Shown: positions 39,782 to 48,845 of the stretch, piece after piece
Layout of the letters: each line of letters begins with the position of its first letter
How positions within the stretch are numbered: the first letter of the stretch is position 1
Origin: Bacteroidales bacterium
GTDB taxonomy: Bacteria > Bacteroidota > Bacteroidia > Bacteroidales > Prolixibacteraceae
Direction of reading: 5' to 3'
Length of the DNA stretch: 64,000 nt
Assembly: GCA_038248385.1 (NCBI GenBank)
Contig: JBBRXN010000003.1
Coordinates: 34,223-98,222 of the forward strand
Position numbers and translations under genes: made by a program
The notes under the pieces: generated by a model
The model's input: only the letters and a program-made list of their open reading frames with translations
Told to the model about the DNA's origin: nothing
The model's database searches: none

Positions 39782-40252
39782 TTAAACTTTCGAAGTCGCG
39801 GAAACCGATTCGATCGCTTCAATAATCCGCTTGTGGGCACCACAGCGGCATAAATTATCTTCCATCCCTTCAATAATCTGCTCTCTTGTCGGATGAGGAT
39901 TTTTCAGCAATAATCCGTAGGCATTCATGATCATGCCCGGAGTGCAGAAACCGCATTGCAGCGCATCGTGATCAACAAAGGCCTGCTGAACCGAATGAAG
40001 TTTTCCGTTTTTTGACAAACCTTCGATGGTGGTAATTTTTTTACCGGCAACGTCTTCCATGGAAATTCCGCACGACCGGACGGCTTCGCCATCCAGAATA
40101 ACTGTGCACGCGCCGCAGTAACCTTCACCGCAGCCATATTTGGTTCCGGTGAGGTTAAAATTGGTTCGGAGGGCCCAAAGTAAACTCTGTCCCTTTTCAA
40201 GTGGTATTTCCACCCTTTTCCCGTTGAGTTCAAATTGAATTTGTTTTGCCAT
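39782..40252 (-). CDS. (2Fe-2S)-binding subunit (IorA/CoxS-like)
   Basis: GTKYGCGEGYCGACTV, QCGFCTPG, NLCRC. Confidence 0.96.
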   Translation of the reverse strand: MAKQIQFELNGKRVEIPLEKGQSLLWALRTNFNLTGTKYGCGEGYCGACTVILDGEAVRSCGISMEDVAGKKITTIEGLSKNGKLHSVQQAFVDHDALQCGFCTPGMIMNAYGLLLKNPHPTREQIIEGMEDNLCRCGAHKRIIEAIESVSATSKV

Positions 40253-40305
40253 GTTTGTTTGTTTTATTTAGTTCATTTATAGTTTTTTAGCTATACCAGA
40301 TTACA

Positions 40306-40770
40306 TCATTCATCATACCATTCAAATAAATATTTCTCATCATATTCAACTTCAAACTTTTTCAGAAAATCCAGATATTCTTCTTTAAAAGTCCTTTTGC
40401 GATGGTGTTCTTCCTGATTCAAAACATATTGATATACCTGCTCTATCTGGGAATGTGAATATGAGAATGACCCAAAACCTTCCTGCCACGAAAATTTACC
40501 GTGAACAAATTTTTGCTCGTTAATAAAATTGCTTGAATTGTTCTTTACATCTCTGACCAGATCAGATAATGACATTGATGGCTTTAATCCAACAAATAAA
40601 TGAACATGATTGGCTACCCCATTGACAATGATAGGTTTTTGATTTTTACCTTTAATTATCCCCGACATATATTTGAATACGTCATCGCGCCAGAGTTTTT
40701 GAAGCAGGTTTGTTCGACCATTTACTGCAAATACAACCTGAATGTAAATTTGAGAAAATGTTCCAGCCAT
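40306..40770 (-). mobile_element. tnpA: IS200/IS605 family Y1 HUH transposase (TnpA)
   Basis: 154 aa; NHVH HUH motif, WQEGFGSFS, YVLNQEEHH catalytic Tyr helix. Confidence 0.93.
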
Positions 40771-40798
40771 AATTATTCTTTTGAATTTTAAATTGAAT

Positions 40799-40956
40799 CT
40801 ATAATCATGTCATCCCTTCAGGATTATTTGCCCTTTATTCATTGTGTTCTATAATCTTACCATCCCTTCGGGATTGTTTTAACGCCGAAGGCGTGATAAG
40901 ATTATAGATAAAAACCAATTACAAAGATCAAGAAACCCTGAAGGGGTGATATTATT
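40799..40956. repeat. Cluster of four REP-like units upstream of tnpA (cluster A)
   Basis: CTATAATC..CATCCCTTCRGGATT at 40799-40825 and 40849-40875; inverted copies at 40881-40907 and 40934-40956. Confidence 0.85.
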
Positions 40957-41542
40957 TACTTCCCAATTCCTTCGAATAGTCCTCTGGCGTATCAATATCG
41001 CGGACGATTTCCGGACTAAAAGTTTCTACTTCGCAAATATCATCCGGAAATTTCTGTGCGATGGTTCTCAGGCCTGTTTCCGGATCCAGTTTGGACAATT
41101 CATCTTTGTATTTCAGGTCAAAAAGTGGAGGGTGACCGCGCTTTCCGTCAAAAAGAGGAATTACAATTCCCTTTCCTGAATTTTTCCATGCTTCAACTAC
41201 AATTTCAACCACCTTTACTGAAATAAATGGCTGGTCTCCCAGAAAAATCATCACAGCCTTTGCTTCTTCCGGCAGCGCTTTCACTCCTATAATCACAGAA
41301 GTATGCATTCCTTCCCGAAAATTTTCATTCAGAACAAAATTGACCGGCCATGATTTTAATGTTTCAGCAATTTGGGTATGATCAGACCCAAGGACAACCA
41401 TCACTTTTGTTACTCCTGAATTCAGGATGTTTTCAACCACTTTTTCAATGATGGTTTTACCCTCAAAAGGCAGCAACAGTTTTTGTGTTCCCATCCGGGT
41501 TGAAAGTCCTGCTGCTAAAACGATGGCCCAGAGATTATCCAT
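40952..41542 (-). CDS. Molybdenum cofactor cytidylyltransferase (MocA-like nucleotidyltransferase)
   Basis: AIVLAAGLSTRMGTQKLLL, LGDQPF, GHPPLF, DIDTPEDY. Confidence 0.9.
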   Translation of the reverse strand: MDNLWAIVLAAGLSTRMGTQKLLLPFEGKTIIEKVVENILNSGVTKVMVVLGSDHTQIAETLKSWPVNFVLNENFREGMHTSVIIGVKALPEEAKAVMIFLGDQPFISVKVVEIVVEAWKNSGKGIVIPLFDGKRGHPPLFDLKYKDELSKLDPETGLRTIAQKFPDDICEVETFSPEIVRDIDTPEDYSKELGSK

Positions 41543-42620
41543 TAACGTTCTTTTTTTTGTTCCTGATTTGTATCAATTGTGCAGCAATACTAATTGCAAT
41601 TTCTTCTACTGTCTGCGCTCCAATATCCAACCCAATGGGAGTAAAAATCCGTTTCCATTGTTCTGGACTAGCCCAACCGTTTTCAATAAAAGTCGTTTTC
41701 ATCTGGCCGACTTTGGCTTTGCTACCAATCATGCCGATATAAGCCGCGCCTGATCCGATAAATTTCCGCAATACTTCGGCATCATTTTTATGGCCATGGG
41801 TAACAATCACAAGGTAGGTATCATCCTGAATTTCAATTTGGCTCCGGATTAATTCAGCAGCTCCTGACAAAACAATATCAGCATCAGGTATTTTGGATTT
41901 ATCGGCATATTCATGACGGTCGTCCCAGACTGTTACCTTGAAACCGAGAAATTTTCCAAGCTGGGCCAAGGACTGACCGATGTGCCCGGCACCGGCAATA
42001 ATCAGGGAAGGTTTGGGTAGAATTCGCTCCAGAAAAGCAAAACCTTTGGCGACTGTTTCATTTCCTTTTACCTGAATAATCTGGCAGGAATCGGCTATTG
42101 GGTTTCGAAGCATTTCAGAAATTGCGGGGTCAACATTATTTGGCAATTCTTCTGCGAAAGGCCAATTTTTATTGTCCGGAAACCAGTGTCGGGAAATCTT
42201 CAGTTCCCGGGGATTTGATTCGTCAGCCATAGTCAGCAATACTCCCTTTTGCCTTTGGTCCAGACTTATCTTTAATTGTTCAAAGACATTCAACGACAAT
42301 TCCGGCGCTGCGTCGAGCAAAATTTTCATGCTTCCGCCACAAATTGAATCGCTTCCTTTGGCAATTTCTCCATGCAGGTCAAATGAAAACAGTCCCGATT
42401 TTTTTGATTTGATGAGTAGTTGTGATTGCTGAATAACCTTCAGTTCCGTCATCCCTCCGCCTACCGTACCGGCCAGCAATCCACTCTCCCCAATCAGGGC
42501 TGAACTTCCGGTTTTTTGAGGGGTTGACCCTTGAGTTTCGACAACGGTAGCCAACACACAACCGGTGTGTTGCTGAAGTAGGTCAATCAATTCAGGGTAA
42601 ATACAGGTTGAAGTACTCAT
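41535..42620 (-). CDS. XdhC/CoxI family molybdoenzyme maturation factor
   Basis: LATVVETQGSTP, GTVGGG, ICGG, GAGHIG, VTHGH, YIGMIGSK, PIGLDIGA. Confidence 0.95.
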   Translation of the reverse strand: MSTSTCIYPELIDLLQQHTGCVLATVVETQGSTPQKTGSSALIGESGLLAGTVGGGMTELKVIQQSQLLIKSKKSGLFSFDLHGEIAKGSDSICGGSMKILLDAAPELSLNVFEQLKISLDQRQKGVLLTMADESNPRELKISRHWFPDNKNWPFAEELPNNVDPAISEMLRNPIADSCQIIQVKGNETVAKGFAFLERILPKPSLIIAGAGHIGQSLAQLGKFLGFKVTVWDDRHEYADKSKIPDADIVLSGAAELIRSQIEIQDDTYLVIVTHGHKNDAEVLRKFIGSGAAYIGMIGSKAKVGQMKTTFIENGWASPEQWKRIFTPIGLDIGAQTVEEIAISIAAQLIQIRNKKKNVNG

Positions 42621-42709
42621 CGTAATTCAAAGGTTTCGTTTGCTTTGTCGAACGGGCTTTAAAATGAATCCCGGAAAACCTTTTAAAACTAACGATTTTT
42701 TTTGGAATA

Positions 42710-43072
42710 TTAATTCAGGCTATCATTACTAATGGAATCGATGGGAAGTATTAAATGAGCAGTATCAGCAACCAAAACACGTTGAATATAAAGGCTGTCA
42801 TTGACGGAAATTTTTCCGGATTCGATTCCTATTTGACTATTCATTACCGAAAAAAACAGAACAACCGAGACCAGTCCGGTTTTCAGGCCAAGACTTTCAG
42901 CAGAAAATGCCCATCCGAAAAAACTTGCAAACGAATTTTGCTTTAGTTTTGAACGGCTGTTTTTCAACAAAAACGAATATATCAGCCGATCTTCGATTGC
43001 CTTGTCAGATTCGCCAACCTGATCGTTCCGAAGAATTTGTGCAAATAATTGGTCCTGATTATTCTTTTTCAT
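42710..43072 (-). CDS. Small single-TM protein, candidate anti-sigma factor
   Basis: Start moved to MKKNNQDQ (ATG 43072); one hydrophobic segment; directly downstream of ECF sigma. Confidence 0.65.
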   Translation of the reverse strand: MKKNNQDQLFAQILRNDQVGESDKAIEDRLIYSFLLKNSRSKLKQNSFASFFGWAFSAESLGLKTGLVSVVLFFSVMNSQIGIESGKISVNDSLYIQRVLVADTAHLILPIDSISNDSLN

Positions 43073-43085
43073 GGTTAAATGTTTC

Positions 43086-43664
43086 TTAAAATTCGATTTC
43101 ACTTTTTAAATAATCCAGCTTTTCCGCCAGTAATTTCTTTGCATAAAACAGTCGCGATTTCACCGTTCCCTCCGGAAGTTCCAGTATTTCGGCCACTTCC
43201 TTTATCGAAAATCCTTCGCGGTAACGAAGCAAAAAAGCCGAGCGATGTTCTTCTCCCAACTGATCGAGTGTTTGGAAAATCTTCTCAACGACTTGTTCTG
43301 GTTCGATAGTCGAATCGCTCATAAAATCAAGTTGCGTTTCCAAAGACTCCACAGAATGGTATTCCTGCCTGATGCTCCTTCGACGGTATTCATTTTTGCA
43401 CATATTATTGGCAACCGAATACAGCCAGGTCGAAAAATTACAGGCAGGATTAAAGCTTTCAGGTTTTTCGATCAGTTTCATAAAAAGCTCCTGCAAAAAG
43501 TCGTTAGCCTGCTCTGACGAATTTCCCAACATGCGATAGAAATAATAATACATCCGGCTTTTATACCGAAGGTATAGTTCGCTGAATGCCGCCTGATCGC
43601 CCGAAACAATTTGCAGCATCAATTCACTGTCGCTGAATGTCTTATTTTTTCTTCTGAAAATCAA
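43086..43664 (-). CDS. ECF RNA polymerase sigma-70 factor
   Basis: GDQAAFSELY, DFLQELF, FSTWLYSVANNMCKN, EGFSIKEVAEILELPEGTVKSRLFYA; TTG start overlapping the DUF3098 TGA. Confidence 0.96.
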   Translation of the reverse strand: MIFRRKNKTFSDSELMLQIVSGDQAAFSELYLRYKSRMYYYFYRMLGNSSEQANDFLQELFMKLIEKPESFNPACNFSTWLYSVANNMCKNEYRRRSIRQEYHSVESLETQLDFMSDSTIEPEQVVEKIFQTLDQLGEEHRSAFLLRYREGFSIKEVAEILELPEGTVKSRLFYAKKLLAEKLDYLKSEIEF

Positions 43665-43873
43665 TTTGACGATTTTTTTAGAATAAGCCAGATTAAACCA
43701 ATATATGAACTGACAATAATCAGTGGAGCCAAAGTTATCCGCCTGAAACTGAAAATCTCTTCATTGAATACGTTCGGATCATCCGATCCACCCCCGCTCA
43801 TCAGTATAAAACCCAAAATTAATAAACTGACGATCAGAATCAATCCGATGTATTTATTTTTCTGAAAGATCAT
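43661..43873 (-). CDS. DUF3098 family membrane protein
   Basis: LGFILMSGGGSDDPNVFNEEIFSFRRITLAP. Confidence 0.88.
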   Translation of the reverse strand: MIFQKNKYIGLILIVSLLILGFILMSGGGSDDPNVFNEEIFSFRRITLAPLIIVSSYIGLIWLILKKSSN

Positions 43874-43888
43874 ATCTTTTTAGTTCCG

Positions 43889-43913
43889 GTACACGCCAAA
43901 ACTGAAAGGTTCA
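43889..43913 (-). promoter_or_regulatory. Putative ECF sigma promoter TGAACY-N12-CGTGTAC
   Basis: - strand TGAACC-TTTCAGTTTTGG-CGTGTAC, 15 bp before DUF3098 ATG; second copy at 34504. Confidence 0.5.
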
Positions 43914-43950
43914 GATTTAAAGCAAAAAAAAACAGCTCTCAAAATTCACT

Positions 43951-44103
43951 GTGCCACCCTTTCGGGGTTTCTTGTTTTATGTGCAATTGTATGGCTATAA
44001 TCTTACCACGCCTTTAGCGATAAATTAATCCCGAAGGGATGTTATGATTATAGAATGAAATAAATAGTGGAGTGGACAAATAATCCCGAAGGGATGACAG
44101 GAT
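43951..44103. repeat. Second four-unit REP cluster (cluster B), reverse complement of cluster A
   Basis: Units at 43951-43970, 43995-44021, 44027-44053, 44082-44103 (AATCCCGAAGGGATG core); order and spacer words mirror 40799-40956. Confidence 0.85.
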
Positions 44104-44111
44104 GTTTAAAT

Positions 44112-44156
44112 AAAATCACCTCTACCGGTTTTTTCTTTTCCAGTAGAGGTGATTTT
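44112..44156. terminator. Intrinsic terminator hairpin
   Basis: AAAATCACCTCTAC...GTAGAGGTGATTTT 14-bp perfect stem. Confidence 0.7.
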
Positions 44157-44172
44157 CAATTAGTAGTTCAAA

Positions 44173-44607
44173 TTAAACCCTACTCCATGGAATTGCTGCC
44201 ACCATCAACGCCAAAGCGATCAGGAAGAAAATAGATGCTACCTTGAATTTGGCAACATCAGTTTTGGCTTTCTTCGATTTGGCGCGTCCGATGTGAACCA
44301 GCACAACGGCAATCAACATCATTGAAAAGTGCTCAACTGCATAAAAGCGCAAATTGGAATCTTTCATGGCTGCGCCAAAGTCGGACATTGCAATTTTTGT
44401 AACCGGACTTAGAAAAAAGTAAAGCACCAATCCTGTAAGCAACTGCAAGTCCATCAGTGAAGTAAATACAATCCCAAGAATATTGTCAACTTTTTTCCAT
44501 GGCTTATTTCCAAGCCATCCTGAAATATATTTAACCAAAGTAACTGCCAGACTTAGCAAAAGTAACCAACGCAAAGTATCGTGTAAGTGCAAAAATCCTG
44601 TATACAT
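44173..44607 (-). CDS. Four-TM membrane protein (Bacteroidota 'cytochrome B'-annotated family)
   Basis: LHLHDTLRW, DLQLLTGLVLY, RFYAVEH, LVHIG, IPW. Confidence 0.75.
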   Translation of the reverse strand: MYTGFLHLHDTLRWLLLLSLAVTLVKYISGWLGNKPWKKVDNILGIVFTSLMDLQLLTGLVLYFFLSPVTKIAMSDFGAAMKDSNLRFYAVEHFSMMLIAVVLVHIGRAKSKKAKTDVAKFKVASIFFLIALALMVAAIPWSRV

Positions 44608-44672
44608 CTATATTATTTTAAAGTTTATACTCATAACGGTTGAAAAGGGTTTTGGTTGAGATTTATTTGATG

Positions 44673-44758
44673 TCCGTCACATAAATGTGACGGAAAATGA
44701 TATTAACAAATCTGCTGATCAAGGCGCAATCTTTTGCCGTCTGCTTTAGCTGACGGGC
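44673..44758. repeat. Inverted doublet of CCGTC-NNN-TAAA-NNN-GACGG palindromes
   Basis: TCCGTCACATAAATGTGACGGA (44673-44694) and GCCGTCTGCTTTAGCTGACGGGC (44736-44758). Confidence 0.7.
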
Positions 44759-44762
44759 ATGG

Positions 44763-45407
44763 TTAAATTTCAAATATTTCTGCCCCTTCCACCAAATGAA
44801 AACCTTCAGTTCGATCAACCGACATGCGGATCATTTTTGCAGCCAGCACATTAACCTGAGTTGGTTTGTATTTTTTCAGCATAAACCTTGTTACAAACCG
44901 GCTGATTACCAATCCGATTTTTTCTCCGGGCCGTTCTTCCTTCCGATCGCCATCCAAAATGGAAGGCCTGAAAATAACCAATTTCCGGAATTTCAATTTT
45001 GCAACTGCTTCTTCCAGTTCTCCTTTCATCCGTGAATAAAAAACCGAAGATTTAGGATCAACTCCCATTGATGAAACCAGCACGTACGCTCCTACCCCAT
45101 TATCAGCAGCCGCTTTGGCAAATTCATACTGATAGGTAAAATCAACACGATACTGGTTTTCCTTGGTTTTGGCAGTTTTGATGGTCGTTCCAAGTGTCGA
45201 AAAAAGCACATCCCCTTGAACCAGAGGGCTCCAGGTTTCCTGCAGATCAAAATCAATCTGAATTTCATCCAATTTCGGATGATTCATTTTGGAAAGTCTG
45301 CGAACAAATACGCGAACTTTTTCATAATCCGGACTTAAAAGTAATTGATTTACCAATTCTTGCCCAACCAGTCCACTGGCTCCTATAACATTTGCTACTC
45401 GTTCCAT
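44763..45407 (-). CDS. NAD(P)H-binding protein (YraR/TIP30-like)
   Basis: GASGLVG, LGTTIK, LVSSMG, YSRMKGELE, FRPSILDG. Confidence 0.9.
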   Translation of the reverse strand: MERVANVIGASGLVGQELVNQLLLSPDYEKVRVFVRRLSKMNHPKLDEIQIDFDLQETWSPLVQGDVLFSTLGTTIKTAKTKENQYRVDFTYQYEFAKAAADNGVGAYVLVSSMGVDPKSSVFYSRMKGELEEAVAKLKFRKLVIFRPSILDGDRKEERPGEKIGLVISRFVTRFMLKKYKPTQVNVLAAKMIRMSVDRTEGFHLVEGAEIFEI

Positions 45408-45408
45408 T

Positions 45409-46467
45409 TCAAGGTTTTTTAATGATTCCGTCGTCTAATAATTGTTTGAAATGGTCAGAAACGGTTTGCTCAAATGGCAAAAATTCCATCCCCAAATCTT
45501 TTTTAATATAACTGTTGTCTGTCCTGAGGTCGTAACCCACATTCAGTTTCACATATTTGCGGGTAAAACCTACCATTGGGGCAATCAGACTGAATAGCCA
45601 TTTCGGCACAAACTTCTTTGGCAACGGAAATTCAGGATATTCAGCCCTGATAACATTGGCCAGATCAAGGAAGCTTTTTTCAGCCGAAGTGCAGATATGC
45701 CTTCCGGAGGCATTTGGCGTGAAACCGGCCAGAATATGGGCTTTGGCCACATCTCGCACATCAACAAAAATCATATCTCCTGAAGGGACGCCGGTTTTAA
45801 ACTTACCGGTTGCCAATTGAATCATCAATTCAATGCTTGTAGAATCGGTTCGTTTACTGAGTGAAGGGCCTATGATAAATCCGGGATTGATCACCAGAAG
45901 ATCCCACCTGCTTTGTTTTTCGGATATCGACCACGCCAACTTTTCAGCCACAGTTTTCGAATACGGATAGGGTTGATGATCGGCAGAACTGGTTAAATTC
46001 CAATTTTCTTCAGTAAAGATTCCCTTTTCGGTTTTCTGAATATCTATGGCATCGCCATAAATGGCTGCCACACTCGAAGTCAACACCACCCTCTTTACAC
46101 TTTCAGTTGCATTCACCGATTCCAGCACATTGCGCGTTCCTTCCAAAGCAGGCTCTACCAGCTCCTTCTGTGCGTTTTTAATTCCTGAAATTATGAAAGG
46201 TGAAGCGGTATGAATTACCAATTCGCAGCCATCCATTGCATCTGAAAAACTACCTTTCTTCATCAAATCAGCTTCAAAAAACTGCAATATTCCTTTGCTT
46301 TTAACAGCCAATGCGGTCAAATGGGCATATTTATCTTTTTGCGCAAGGTTCCTGACAGTCGTCCGAACTTCAATTCCCTGATCCAATAATTGTTTCACGA
46401 TCCAGGATGCAAGATAACCGGTTCCTCCCGTAACTAAAACCGGTTTTGTACGATCAATTGTATTCAT
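45409..46467 (-). CDS. NAD-dependent epimerase/dehydratase (aldehyde/dihydroflavonol reductase-like SDR)
   Basis: VTGGTGYLAS, HTASP, TSSVAA, YPYSKTVAE, VDVRDVA. Confidence 0.92.
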   Translation of the reverse strand: MNTIDRTKPVLVTGGTGYLASWIVKQLLDQGIEVRTTVRNLAQKDKYAHLTALAVKSKGILQFFEADLMKKGSFSDAMDGCELVIHTASPFIISGIKNAQKELVEPALEGTRNVLESVNATESVKRVVLTSSVAAIYGDAIDIQKTEKGIFTEENWNLTSSADHQPYPYSKTVAEKLAWSISEKQSRWDLLVINPGFIIGPSLSKRTDSTSIELMIQLATGKFKTGVPSGDMIFVDVRDVAKAHILAGFTPNASGRHICTSAEKSFLDLANVIRAEYPEFPLPKKFVPKWLFSLIAPMVGFTRKYVKLNVGYDLRTDNSYIKKDLGMEFLPFEQTVSDHFKQLLDDGIIKKP

Positions 46468-46528
46468 ATTTTTTCAGATTACGTTAATTTTATTGACGTT
46501 TACGAAAACCTCAAAATAACTAATTTGT

Positions 46529-47548
46529 TCAGATTGAACTTCTTAAAATAATATAAAATGGATTTGCCTCCTGCCTGAACGATTCGCCATTGATATAAGC
46601 AGCCGAAGTTGATCCCATTCGCCTGAAATCGGTGCTCAAAACAGAAATTCCTCCTGAAAGTATTTCTTTCATCGGTGTTTCATCGTACGAAATGATGCCG
46701 ACATCCTTCCCGGGAATTAGTTCTACTGCTTCAAGTGTTTTGATCAGGTTGATTAATTCCATATCGCTGTAAAGCAAATAAATAGTACCTGAAGATATTG
46801 ACTTTAAATCAAGTTTCCGAACAACTTCGAAAGGCATTTGCTGCTCGGTGCAAAACCTGCTGAACCCTTTGATGCAGCCATCGGGCACAAACTGGAACGG
46901 ACTTTCGGAACAACTAAACACAAACTTGCGGTACTTGGCAATCTTTTCGCGCTGCTCATAAAGTCCGGTGTAAATATCCGGTTCAAAATCCTGAAAAACT
47001 GCCGCATATTTCCCGGATAAACCCGGAACTGATTTATCTAAAATGATCAGTTTCCGTTCCGGAATTTTTGCTAAAATCTTCGAAACATCTTCATTGAAAT
47101 GGGGCATTATCGCATAAAAACTGTACTTCCCAAGATTTTCCCGAATCAGTTTTTCAAATCGTTTAATGTCGTAATGATGAAAAAAAACATCGACCTCAAT
47201 TTCCGGATTCAAATTGTGAAGAATGGAATCATACAGGATTTCTTTGTAGGCATTCATGCGGTCGAACAACAGAAAGACTTTTACTTTTCCGCTTGGCTGA
47301 GTATTGGCAATATAATAACCTTTTCCCTGCCGTGACGAAACAATGCCCATTTCTCGAAGCTCTTCATAGGCACGAATAACAGTTCCGGGTGCTAAACCAA
47401 ATTCATCGCCAATTTTATGGATGGATGGCATTTTCATTCCTATGGTTATTTTCTTCTGTTCGATTCCATTCAGAACATTCCGGATAATCTGCTTGTAAAT
47501 CGGAATTATTGACTTTGGATCAATTTGAAAAGAAAAGCTCATAGACAA
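46529..47548 (-). CDS. GntR family regulator with periplasmic-binding-like effector domain
   Basis: PIYKQII...MPSIHKI...GTVIRAYEELREMGIVSSRQGKGY; C-terminal GIISYDETP; divergent from apiose genes. Confidence 0.92.
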   Translation of the reverse strand: MSMSFSFQIDPKSIIPIYKQIIRNVLNGIEQKKITIGMKMPSIHKIGDEFGLAPGTVIRAYEELREMGIVSSRQGKGYYIANTQPSGKVKVFLLFDRMNAYKEILYDSILHNLNPEIEVDVFFHHYDIKRFEKLIRENLGKYSFYAIMPHFNEDVSKILAKIPERKLIILDKSVPGLSGKYAAVFQDFEPDIYTGLYEQREKIAKYRKFVFSCSESPFQFVPDGCIKGFSRFCTEQQMPFEVVRKLDLKSISSGTIYLLYSDMELINLIKTLEAVELIPGKDVGIISYDETPMKEILSGGISVLSTDFRRMGSTSAAYINGESFRQEANPFYIILRSSI

Positions 47549-47717
47549 AACTATTTTATAACATATCCATTGGAAAAGTGTAAAGATAACAGGAAACTTT
47601 ATTTTTGACTGAATAAGTATGGTAAAGTTAAAAAATGGCTTACGGCGACTAGCTTCAAGCCGCCAGACGCATTCCTGATCAAAATTATACTGTAATAAAC
47701 ACCTAACGCTTATACCT

Positions 47718-48734
47718 ATGATTGTTCTGACTAATTACTGGCTTGCTATTTTATTTTGCGTTTTCGCAATGATCTGTTGGGGTTCATGGTCGAATACCCA
47801 AAAACTGGTTCAAAGTAACTGGCGTTTCGAACTGTTTTATTGGGATTTAATCATCGGAATCCTGCTCATGTCTGTTCTTTCAGCATTTACTGTTGGAAGC
47901 ATGGGCGAAACCGGGCGCTCATTTCTAACCGATCTGAAACAGGCTGATATGAATTCTATCTTATTTGCCATGCTGGGTGGTTTGCTTTGGAACATGGGTA
48001 ATCTTTTACTGGTAGCAGCTATTGCCATTGCCGGGATGTCGGTTGCTTTCCCGATTGGCGGTGGTTTGGCTTGGGTGTTGGGTATTATTCTGAACTATAT
48101 TAACGTAATAGCTAAAGGTGGTTCACCGAGCAACAACCCGGTTGAACTATGGATTGGTGTAGCAATTATTGTTGCTGCCATTTTCCTGAGTGGCAAATCG
48201 TACCAGAAATTAACCCAACAAAAGAAACAAGCTTCGATGAAAGGCATTGTGATTTCGGTTATTGCCGGGTTGTTTATCGCTTTCTTTTACCCGGTTGTAG
48301 TCAATTCACTTGATGCTCAATTCGTTTCAGGTGGAAAGGGAACTTTGACTCCCTACACCGGCGTATTTTTCTTTGCTATTGGAGTCTTCGTCAGCACTTT
48401 CATTATCAACCCGATTTTTATGCGTTGGCCTATAACCGGAACGCCGGTTAAAATGAAAGCTTATTTCGAAGGAAGCATGAAAACCCATTTAACCGGGATT
48501 TTGGGAGGTGCCATTTGGATGCTTGGAATGGTTTTCAGTTATATGGCTGTTAGCAAAGCCAACCCTGCAATCGCTTATGCCTTGTCGAATGCGGCACCGG
48601 TGGTAGCCATTCTTTGGGGAGTTTTCGTCTGGAAAGAATTTAAAGGTGCTCCGCAAGGAACCAATCGTTTGCTGACCATCATGTTCGTTTGCTATATCAT
48701 TGGATTGGTGCTCATTACGATGTCGAACGCTTAA
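47718..48734 (+). CDS. GRP/DMT family sugar transporter (candidate apiose uptake)
   Basis: 10 TM; CWGSWSNTQK, WRFELFYWD, VAFPIG, AYALSNAAP. Confidence 0.85.
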   Translation: MIVLTNYWLAILFCVFAMICWGSWSNTQKLVQSNWRFELFYWDLIIGILLMSVLSAFTVGSMGETGRSFLTDLKQADMNSILFAMLGGLLWNMGNLLLVAAIAIAGMSVAFPIGGGLAWVLGIILNYINVIAKGGSPSNNPVELWIGVAIIVAAIFLSGKSYQKLTQQKKQASMKGIVISVIAGLFIAFFYPVVVNSLDAQFVSGGKGTLTPYTGVFFFAIGVFVSTFIINPIFMRWPITGTPVKMKAYFEGSMKTHLTGILGGAIWMLGMVFSYMAVSKANPAIAYALSNAAPVVAILWGVFVWKEFKGAPQGTNRLLTIMFVCYIIGLVLITMSNA

Positions 48735-48845
48735 AATAGAACATAGTCGCAGTCGCAGTTTTCAGATTTCGCATTGAAGTTTAGCTGTCGTTAAAATTTT
48801 CAGTTGCAAAAAAAAACGTTTTAATACAAACTCAATATAATACAA

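Noticed and set aside
39754-39873. N-terminal extension of the Mo subunit ORF
   Set aside because: Overlaps the 2Fe-2S gene; ATG 39753 gives a proper Tat signal
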